64,000 nt of DNA from Marsupella aquatica. Lineage: Eukaryota; Plantae; Marchantiophyta. Within the stretch, counting starts at the first letter, position 1. Every line of letters begins with the position of its first letter. Below are positions 53,729 to 64,000 of this stretch, one piece after another. The DNA lies in the NCBI GenBank assembly GCA_973895155.1, contig OZ316894.1, positions 11,587,892-11,651,891 on the forward strand. Reading direction: 5' to 3'. The notes under the pieces were generated by a model. That model saw nothing but the letters and a program-made list of their open reading frames with translations. It ran no database searches and was not told the origin of the DNA. The position numbers and the translations under genes are program-made.

Positions 53729-56700
53729 AACGAGTCACACAGTTGAGAGCGTTATCAGTACACGAGAGCTTCCGATTATGAACTGTACTGACAACCTGAC
53801 GGAGCTAACAGTCTTCCACTACCAAGTAGAGAGCCGAAGTACACATGAATGCAATCGGAAGCCTCCCGTCACTCAAACAATCGGCTGGCATCCTAATACG
53901 TAAAAAATTACAACATCTAACAGTTCGACCTGTACAATGGCAGGAGCTGTCCAACATCTGACGGTAATGCAAGAACAAAGCAACAACAATTAGCCTGAGC
54001 ATGACTCAGTTGACCAATCCGAACAACTATTCTTTGCTGAAAAGTAGAACAACCCCTCGGCGTGTAGACAATGACCAACTCAAACGTAGGTCCCACAGGA
54101 TTCACTTGTACAGCGGCTACGTTGTGTCATATTAACGAATTCCACAATGTGATACAAAGGTCTTATTCTTCGCCAGCTTCCAAGTGCATATAATCCCCTA
54201 CTAGTCCAATGGCGCTGGTGGCAATGAGGTCAAAACGGCACTGACTACAGCGTCAAACTCCTCAGGCAGTGCCTCAATGTCAACCGACTGACAGACATTA
54301 CTCTCAGCACATCATGCACTCCAGGATTTAAGAACGTGAATCACGAGGGCTTACCCTGTCAAAACCGGATTTCTTCCTTCTTTCACCTCGACGCGCAGCG
54401 AGACCTCAGCAGCGAGAACCCCAGAAGACTACCAATCACTCCTTACCTTCAAGAGCGAGAGCGAACCGAAATCTGAAGACGAGGCAATGCAGCACCTTCT
54501 TTCGCTGAAGCAAGTACACTCAGAAACACCACTCACTGCATTAGGAGACTCCCGCAAGACTACGGCGTGGTGTCGAGGAATCGAGCAGCTGGGAACCGAA
54601 CAGCAGCTTCTGAACAGTGTCCTCACTCCTCAGCTTCACATGCAGCAGTGGAAATCCCGGGAACAGCTTGCAGAGTTGCAGCTCCGATGCTGGGAGAGAT
54701 AGTTGAAGTAAGGTCGTGTCAGCTGGCGGCGGCAAGGTCCTACCCACTACTAATATTACTGTTCACGAGACCGCTAGTCGGGAGTCAGAGTCACGCGACT
54801 GGGAGAAGAGAAGAGAAGAGAAGAGGAGAGAGTTAGAGTAGAAGGTTTTGTGGGGAAAAGAACAACTCTCGAGGCTCGAGGCTCGAGCTACAGAGCACGA
54901 TTTTGCAAGTGAGCTAGAAGGGCGCGGCTTATCAAGGGTCAGGTGCGGCTGAGTTGGAATGGCGAGGCAGATGACGAGGGGAGGAATGGAAATTGGACAG
55001 CGAGCGGGAAGCTGGAGCTGAGTGATGAGCGAGCGAGAGCGAGCGAGAGAGAGGATCATCGAGGAGAACGGCAGTGTCGTGGCGGAGGTGGGGCCGGCCC
55101 TTCAAGAGGTGGAGCAGCTCGAGGGCGGTCCGCGAAGGAAAGGAGGGGGCGGACCGTCTGTCCTGTTGGTCTTGTTGGCCGACGGGCTAACACGCATGCA
55201 CGCACGGACGGACGGACGGACGGACGGACGGGGAGGATCCTTCCCCGAAACGGAAACAGGAGCAGAAAAGGAGCACGAGGATTTATCCCCGAATCACAAT
55301 GGGAATAAAGGTAAACCAGCCCGCCTGTAATCACATAATGTGATAATATATGGGATATAGTGCTCACTGATTTAAAAAATATATCTAGGTTTATTATAAT
55401 ATGAAACGATGTCAAATGCAGTATGTGTGCAGTTACCGGACCCATAGACTAGCCTTAGCCTTTTCAAAGAAAGTAAATAGGGAGCGAGGACATTTGTAGA
55501 GATTCTCCCTCTCCTTATCCTCAATTTTCATTTGTACTCCCAATTTCAGTTACACCCACTGATCTCTGGTCTAGAGGCTTCACTCTAGACAATAGATCTA
55601 TGAGTCTTGGTTCATTCTAGATAAGAGCTTCATTCTAGATAAGAGACCCCCTCATATATATTTTCTATTGCCATTATATAGATGTATTGATTGATGCTTG
55701 AATGAAGCAAGTGCAGGGAAATACACTATAGTAATAGTATCTACTGCCACTTTATAGTTATATTGATGATATTGATTGATTGATGCTTGAATGAAGCAAG
55801 TGCAGAGGAATCGACTGTAATAATAATACTAAATGGATCATCATGCATTGTTGTTGTTGTCGTGTGTGTGCATTTGCGAGAAAATGATGGATCACCATTT
55901 TTTTGGTTTTCTTGGAGTGAGTGTGTGTGTTGGGGAAGAGAGGGGAGGGGGGTAGGGGCGGCGGTGGGGGCAGGTCATAGACCCATCTTGTGACTATTCA
56001 GTAATCCGGGAAACAAGGCATGTTTAATCACTATTGTGAAGTTGGATCCATCTCATGACTATTCTCTAAATCCAAGAACAAAGGCATAAGAAATCACCAT
56101 ATTGAGAAGTAGTAAATACCCACTGGCCATATAAAAGCCAGAAATGCCAAACCCCACCCACCTCATTCAATCCCCTCTGCCTTTGAGACTGTAGTACCAA
56201 TTACACCATCGTTTACAAGTAGGGTTACCTGTCCCCAAGAGGGGGTAATTAAATATAATCCTTGAAATGGTTACAGCACACTATCCCCAAGTGAGGATGA
56301 GTAGTTATGAAGCGTAATGCCCCCAAGTGAACTTTCTAGACATTCAGTTCACTTTTACATTGCAACTCTGTCTGCCTAGATGTTTTCACGTGTGTTCTCA
56401 TTCAAATTTGAGAATCCCAGGGCCAGTCTGGCACAGGGATTCCATGGATTCAGAACCTTACACAAACTAACAACAGAAATTAGATGGGTTAACAATCTTA
56501 CAATTTGAAATGTGATGGATCCAAGTTTTAGAGATATATGGACAGTGGCCGTTTAACAAAGAGGATGGTACACCCCGTTACCATTCCAATTGCAGGCTAA
56601 TATTGAATAACTGTAAATTTTGCCAAGCTGTTGATGCACCCAGAAAAGACCTAGTCAGTTGTTTCCTCTTGTCCTGCTAGAAAAAGGCAGCCTTCTGCTC

Positions 56701-58920
56701 CTATGCTAAGTTTGTACTCTTGTGAATTCTACTGTAGGTCACTTAGGGGAAAGCACCTAGGGGGGCTGAGCACAGTTTCACCTACTATCGTAGAAGTAAT
56801 GACATTTGTGCATAAACAAATTAATTTAAAGAATTATGGTGCCCTGTGCACAAAGTTGAAGATTCAGATACAACATCGAAAAACCCCTCTGGAAGAAACC
56901 TTTGGCACGGGAAATTATGTTGTCTTATAGTAGCTACTGGAAAGTAGATTCAATTAGTTTTTTGAGTTGAAGACCACTAAATGCTCAAGTTGATGTCAAT
57001 GTCAAGCAATAACTTACCCTGAACTTGAATGCAGGTGTACTCATTTGCTGTCAACTACTTTACATATCAGTACGGGTATAAGTATTTACAAACGGAAAAT
57101 TAAAGGAAGTGCACTTGTCAAATATTTAATGCAGATCACACAGAGTGCAAGGCCCAGATTTCTCACGTGATGATTAGTGCACATCAGATAACAAATCAAC
57201 GATAGTATATGGTGTCCTGTTCCAAGTGTGCACATCAAATAACAGTAGCATAAGTTGTACTGTAATAAGTGGCAAGCTCTCATGTATTGAATGCATTTAT
57301 CATCCCATGATAAACCTCAATATTTTTTGATTTGTTTCTATATCTCTAAGTATTGTTCTGTTTACATATTGAATTTTTCATACCATGATAGATCTACTGA
57401 CACCCTTTTTGTACATCTCTTAACATTGCCCTTTTCACATATTGAGTGGCTGCTACTTGGTGTGCAGTTATCATGACCCAATTTTTACTTGAGAATGTGC
57501 ACTTAGAGAAAGGGGCACTTGTACAATAACAGCGATTCTGCTATCTGGTGTCATTTATTACAGGACAGAAAAGGTGTCAATGATTGCTCAGTTTTGCTTG
57601 TGAGAGCCAGCAGCCCAGCACTGCCCTTTGACGGGACCCTCCCGTATTGAAGATACGGCCATAATTATTTGTCTTTGGCACCGGACAAAGCGAAGGGTCA
57701 CCTAACCCCAGTAATAACTGCAGCCTCCTCACTCTTTGCCGGAAGAATCAATGGGGCAGTCGCAAAGGCGATCGTCCTGTTTGTGTCACCTTGATAGCTG
57801 TAAATTGGTGTCTATTATGAATGGCAATTGTTTTCCTTATTGGCTATTTATCTCCCAAAAAAAGAAATTGAAACTTGGATGGACCTCCTCGTTTTGGGTC
57901 TTACAATATGCTGTAGCCCTCAGATGACTTGCAGCCAAACTCTCCTTTCTGTTGATATAGACATATTATAAAGATCAGTGAAATGTGACACAAAATTGTT
58001 ACATTCTGAGAAATTTGTGGATGTCCCATTTCTCAAGTTCTTTCCAAGCTGTTTGTAAAGAACCCACAGAAAGCAGAATCCATTGGATATGGGAATGTCA
58101 AAGTTGGCTAAAGAAGGAAGTGAATGACTGAAGGTAAAAAGAGGTGTAACTGTCTGTGGGGGTTGCATGGCTCACATGGGAGCACAATTTCCCCAACACG
58201 TACACCCTGATTTGCTTTGGTGATTAATACCAAGGGAAAAATCTGAGAATTGAACAAAAAGTTGCCAAAATTGTTAGGTTTGTTAGATCCAGCTGGCCAG
58301 ATGTGCGCACTTGATAGACTAAGACTCTCTGCCTACCATTTTGAAGGCCAGATCCAGTTCACATTTTTTATTTGGTGTTAAATCTACGCTTGATCATGAC
58401 TTCCTAAGTCAAGACACCAATTAAGAGAAACTATTTGTGAACCCAAACCAAGTGGCATGGATGAATGTGTCTTGCTTTGTGTTCTCATACAAGAGTAGGG
58501 TGTAGATTTAAAGCTTACTCAATTTTTGCAGTGGCTAGTGTGGTTTTTACTTTGGCTTGTACATTGTTAGGTTATGTCTCTTGTATACCCTAGTTGCTTC
58601 CATAATTCCTAGTTAAGCTTTAGCAAACTAGGATAATTTCACTCTCTAGATGTCAAGGAGTAAGAGGATGAGCTTTAACACATTTGACTAGGGCTAATAT
58701 AATAATTATGTATTGCTAGATTTCTCTGACTAGGGCGGATGTAATAGTTTTGTGTATTGCTAGATTTCTCTTTGCTAGATTTCTCTCACAACCATGGACA
58801 TAATCCAAACAGTGACTTTATGCTGTCAATGTGTGTTAATGCTGTCTCATTCGCTCTAAATTATTTTCCAACATCCATGGGGCGTAGCCAAAAACTTACT
58901 CCCACTGGATTCCCAAAGAG

Positions 58921-59278
58921 GCAGGGGATAAATTTCTCAACGATTGAGTCCTTTGAATCAAGTACTGTAGCATGAATTCCATGGGGACTCTGAATAATAA
59001 TTACAAAGTACCCCAGAATCTCGTTGGGGTGCAGCCACTTTGGTATCACTCTGAAAAGCATAGCAAAAGCACTCTGGAAGGAATGAATGGGTTGAGATTG
59101 CAGGGGATAAATTTCTCACCGATTGAGCCCTTTAAATCAAGTAGGTAGCATGAATTCCATGGGGACTCTGAATAATAATTACAAAGTACCCCAGCATCTC
59201 GTTGGGGTGCGGCCACTTTGGCATCACTCTGGACAGCTTAGAGAAAGCACTCTGGAAGGAATGAATGGGTTCAGATTT
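58921..59278. repeat. ~179-bp tandem duplication
   Basis: gcaggggataaatttctca...gcatgaattccatggggactctgaataataattacaaagtaccccag...aaagcactctggaaggaatgaatgggtt occurs twice (58921 and 59100). Confidence 0.92.
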
Positions 59279-60039
59279 GCTCTCTCTATTGTGGAGCGAG
59301 AGCGTTTGTGAACAAACAGCACGATTCATGATGAAGGGATGTCATTTTCGAGATTGGTCGATCTTCTTAAGTCCTCAGTCCAGGCTAGAAATTCAGGTGC
59401 TCCGACAAGAGAATCATTGATTTCTCAGCGATGGAGCTCAGTCGATCAAGTCCGGAGCAGAGAGGAGTTTCACTAAGAATTACATTTCACAAATTGTCCG
59501 GAAGAATGGTTCCTCTGAGTCGGGGTGGATTCTGGCCAGCCTCTCATGTGCAATGTGCATGCTCAATGTGAAAAGCTGGACGATGGGAATAGGAATGCGC
59601 GCAACCTAAACCCTTCATCCAGATGGCTTCGACTCTGCAACTCAACCTGCCAAGTCGAATGCAATCGAACCCAGCCCAACCTGCCACATTCAGTATAAAT
59701 CTGCCCCAAAATTCCCCATGGTCTTGAGCAGAGCGAGCTGAGGCAGACCAGCCCACATAATTCGTATGCCTGCCATTCAAGGTGAAACTCAGCCTAATGA
59801 TAAAGTAGATTTTTCCAGCGCTGGTTGACAGTTTGGTGCTGAGAAATTCTCGAACTTAGAATACAGTGGAGACTGATTTATGCTTTTTTGAAGCCTGTAC
59901 TCGGTGGGGCTCAGCCTTTTTGCTTTTCTTGGGAGACCCAGAGTCGTGCTGGGCCCGACCGCCAAAGCTCGAGGGGGCGGTAAGAGACGACTTTCTGTCG
60001 ACAAGAACGACCGAGGTTTCTCGTGGGGACATTGAACTA

Positions 60040-60290
60040 CGTCTACGTACTGCACAGTACTGCAGAGTGAAACCAACCTGGAACACGGGTTCAAAGGTAC
60101 ACCCTGCCGAATGGTACGTGTGTGAAAGAGTGGCCGAGCGAACAGGTCGGGTTTTAGGCGGGTTCATCGTTGCAGCTGTGTGTAAAATGGTGCAGCCACG
60201 GCAGTCTTTAATTCTGATCGACGACGAGGCTATCAGGTCCCAAGTTGCCAACATCACCATTCCGTGCAGTAGTTTTATCTTCTATTTTTG
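60040..60290 (-). pseudogene. Possible decayed ankyrin-repeat coding relic
   Basis: TTARNGDVGNL, then after a frameshift IKDCRGCTILHTAAT, and later GFTLQYCAVR. These resemble the ankyrin consensus D..G.TPLH.AA..G. Confidence 0.4.
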
Positions 60291-61267
60291 TGCTGTGAGT
60301 GGATGGTTGTCGCTGGTGATCATTGGCAGCGGGATCGATGCTGACATGGGGAGCACCATTCTCGATGTTTTCCTTGGGCAAGAAAATGTTTGTTCTCTGG
60401 TGGCGGAAAGCGTCTCTAATTGCATGCCAGGAAATGAGGGAGGGGGGGGGGGGAAGGAGGAGAAGATTACTATATAGGGGGTGCTTGTTTCAATCTGGTC
60501 TGGAGGTGAGCATAATGGTGGAAAGTGAGGGATTGCACGTACTTTGAGAAAATCAATACCTCCACTTTTTATGATCTCCCCTTCCTTAGTCATGCTGTTT
60601 TTGCGGGATCTGTTGATTTCTGGAAGCACAAATTTGATTTTAAGTTGTGCCTCCGTTATCTTTGTGAGCTGTCCCAGCCGATCTTCCCGTCCCTAGTCAG
60701 TGCTGTTTTTGAGTGAAATGTGGAGCTGTACAAAGTTTGATTTTCAATTATTCTCCTCAGTATTCAGGCAACTGGATATGTATTTAATGAGATATTCGTT
60801 AGGTTTCAATGGAGAGTAAAATCATATTAGCTCGCACATTGATAAAAGAAAGTGAACTTTTAATCAGTTCGCGTGCTTGTTCTGTCGAACATTGGCAACT
60901 GAACCCTACTCGGCATCCAAAGAAAGAATCACGGAGCAATGGCCCTCAACGTGAGCGCCCTTTTCACTCAGGAATCTCTTTACTGGAGTACTTCAAGAAT
61001 CCAATCACGTGAGCGGCCCTTTTCTCAAAATATTGATTCCAGAATTGAGTACTTCAAGAGTACAATGGCACTGCTTCAGGAAGGTCCTTAAATGGAAAAG
61101 AAACCACACAGGCTTCCTCAACCAAGCTGCCAAGCTATCCTGAACCATATGAGAAACCAACCCGGTTCATTTGACTAGCAACAAACTATTCTTGCTAATT
61201 TAGATATAGAAGTAACTCCTACGAACAACTAATTCATATTCCAACATGTTGGCAAACAAAGGGATTG

Positions 61268-64000
61268 CTAGTCGGAATGTGGGTCTAGGGTTTGCCCAAA
61301 AGTATCGCAATGGCGAAATACCTGCCTGCTCAAGCTTCCGAGTTGCAAGATTTCCAGGAACGTCTGGGGCACGGTAAGCAAGCCATGGGAATAGACAAAC
61401 TTCAGACTACTTGAAGTTTGGTGTGGACTATCAGACTCGTGACGCTTAATCATTATGTGCCAGTTCATCCATGCCGGAGAACTCTCAGCTCTGAATTGCT
61501 CGACCTCAGACCGCCTTAAGGTGCCCAAAAGACGCTTGCAATTGACAAATTCCAGGTGACTTAAGGTTTTGAGTTGCCTAAAAGAATTGGGCAACTTTCG
61601 CAAATGGTGGCAGTTCACGAATTCCAAGCGGCTTAATGCTTTGAGCTGCCCGAAAGACTCGGGCAAGGTAAACAGGCCGCAATCTTCGAATCTCAGGTGA
61701 CACAAGGTTTTGACTTGCCCGAAAGACTCGGGCAAGCTATACAAACTGTAGCAATTCTTGAGTTCCAGGTGGCTGACACCGTTGACTTGCTCCGCCAATC
61801 CATTTAAATCCTCGCTTTTGATCTCCGCCCTTTCAACTTCCATCCAACGAATTTGTGACTCCCCAAATGCACAAATGACTGAAGTACCATGCCAACTCTC
61901 ACATCTGGGCGGATTACAGACGATCTTAAGAACCTTAACTGCAGCGCTTGCCTGCATCAGCCCGCCATCCACAGATTAGCAGGCTCTTGAATAACATAAC
62001 TTTGGAGTCAGGGAGTTTTCAACAATCGTGAGAATGTTTTCCAGTAAACTGCTCCATTATCGTTATAAAAGTTGTTCTCGTGAGCTCTACAATGGCCAGA
62101 TTCTCAATTTCTTTAAACCACAGCTGCCACTGTAAATGTGGTACTGCCCCTAACCAGACTCTCATCATTTGCTATGCTCCTCCCTCGGTGAACAGGGGAC
62201 CTCCCCTCCTTTGCCACTCACTTCCTATCATAACACCTCCCATCACAGCGTTTGGTGATTTCTTGAAATATATGAACAAGTTTTAGAAGTGGGTTTTGTG
62301 TAAAGTAGAGATCTACATTTTTTAGCTGTAGATTGTCCATCCTTAGTCTCTTTGATTTGCTTGGTGAGGAACTGAAGTGGAAATCTGGATCGACCGAGAA
62401 CTTTGTTTGGCACTACAAATCGATCCAATTCTCACTATGGAAGTAAGAATTCGGGAATTCTAATTGAGGCCTACCATTACAGGTACTTTATGAAGAACTA
62501 CTCAAGAATTAAATTGTGGAGCACTCACGAGCCTAACAACGCTTACTATCCAGTTCATGCAAGTTGTTCCTACTCGAGATGGGACAAAATAAAGAATGTC
62601 CGAAGAAGCCTTAAGGCCCACCAGTCTAGAAACGGGCATGGGACTCTGTGAATAGAAAAGACCCCAGCTAGGTTTAGTTTTTGAATAACTATGCCCAATG
62701 TTGCATCCCACATCTATTGACATGCCACTTCTTCCCAAGTTTCACGAATGGATAGAGGCTGAGATGGTACACACCCATTGGTGAGTGACACAAGCGAAAC
62801 TCCAGGGTAAACAACTTCTTCATAATGTCTGGCATAAAGTCCTTGTAGTGTTAGTGCAGGTCGTTCTTGAACACAATTTGAGGCTTTCAGTTTGCGTCGT
62901 GCTAGATTCTTAATATTCGATTGTGATTCCTAGCTAGCACTGATCTGCTGACCAGGCACTTTCCTTCCTCTCAGCTCGTTTCCTTGATCCCTCTCGACCT
63001 GCTCAATTCCTACCGCTATTATGCCCTGCAGTGGCTGCATTAAATAGCATGATCTCCTCCCCTATGGCTTCCTCTTAGCTTTTCATTTAAAGCACTTGTA
63101 ATAATAAGCTATTCACTTGAACATGCATCAATGTATAAGACCTTGGCGATTACAAAAAAATGGTTGATTTGAAATCTTTTGCTTACTTTGTTGGGAAATC
63201 TTCGTTGAAGAGCACTTTGAAACTTGCATACAGGAGCGAATAAACACTTAGTCACCAATCCTGCTAGCTCATATCACCTTTCATAAGGTAATATTAGAAA
63301 AAGGTTCCGCACAAGGATTACCTGATAACGCCGAAAAAAATCTGGTCTGTTTTGTATATCGATACGAACTCGACTGCCGCCTGCTCTCTTGCGTCCCAAA
63401 TCGCGCAAAGTCTCGTGCATTCGAATCAACTTTTCATTCCCACGTATGTATGTCATTACCAAACCCTTGTCCAATAAATTCTCCCAACCGGAGTCAGCAG
63501 ATGCCCAGCAGCAAACTCTCCATGCTCGTTTCGTTGACTCCAATTCTTGACCATGAAAGCAAACCGCAATATCCAGAAACATCTCTTGCTCTGTTTCTGC
63601 GAGGGAGTCGTAACTCACCTCCAGAATCGACCACAACCCATCTGTCTTGCTACCGTTCAGAGGCTGAGCTTTCCTCAATTTCTTAAGCGCATCATCCCAC
63701 AATTCACCTTTTTTACGATTATACAAGTATCTCCCGGCTACTTTGAGGGCCAAAGGAAGGCCATCACATTTTAATATAATTTGCGAAACGCGATGTTTAT
63801 AGTCACTGGGTGCCTTGGCCGTCCTGAAAGCATGTAGGCAGAATAATCTTCTGGCATCTTCATCATCCAGCTGTTCAGCAAAATGACATCCAAAGTTTGC
63901 TGGGATGAGGAATCCCTGGTCTCGAGATGTGACGAGAACACGACTTTCATCCGAGAAACCATCTGACTCGGTCATAATCGAAACCTGAGACTCGGAACTG
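61268..64000 (-). CDS. NB-ARC-LRR (NLR) immune-receptor-like protein, 5'-partial; exons >64000-63322 and 61951-61268
   Basis: RNBS-B SRVLVTSRD, RNBS-C ARRLFCLHAF, GLPL motif CDGLPLAL, RNBS-D MFLDIAVCF and MHD-equivalent MHETLRDLG. A phase-0 intron leads to an LRR exon with LPESFGQ(V/L)K.L..L repeats. The frame is open to the window edge. Confidence 0.92.

Noticed and set aside
54429-55445. ORFs upstream of the BAHD gene
   Set aside because: Lie in microsatellite-rich (GAGAA, GAGC, GACG) leader/promoter sequence with no domain evidence.
59866-60477. 203-aa + strand ORF
   Set aside because: No recognisable motif and it crosses a poly-G run; the opposite strand carries the better (ankyrin-like) signal.

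Overview
Intron-rich land-plant nuclear DNA, probably from a non-seed plant (liverwort, hornwort or lycophyte; inferred from a mitochondrial nad3 insertion that seems to carry intron nad3i140 and unedited sites). Protein-coding content: the first exon of a leftward gene paralogous to the PICKLE-like gene; a 3-exon plastid-targeted conserved protein (2343-3874 +); a ~31-exon CHD3/PICKLE-like chromatin remodeller (5148-20580 -); a 3-exon small single-TM protein (28343-29838 +); a 2-exon BAHD acyltransferase (52269-53728 -); and the 3' part of an NB-ARC-LRR gene (61268-64000 -). The spacers hold a nad3 NUMT, a plastid trnL(CAA) fragment, a decayed RLE-type LINE, a receptor-kinase relic, ankyrin relics, nested MITE/foldback elements and tandem arrays. 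The strongest lead: the PICKLE-like gene keeps an open exon chain, intact PHD/chromo/C-terminal domains and Walker A/B, but helicase motifs III, V and VI are altered and the motif VI RLGQ is absent. It is a candidate ATPase-dead pseudo-remodeller beside a tandem paralogue. All exon models were read by eye and no database searches were run.
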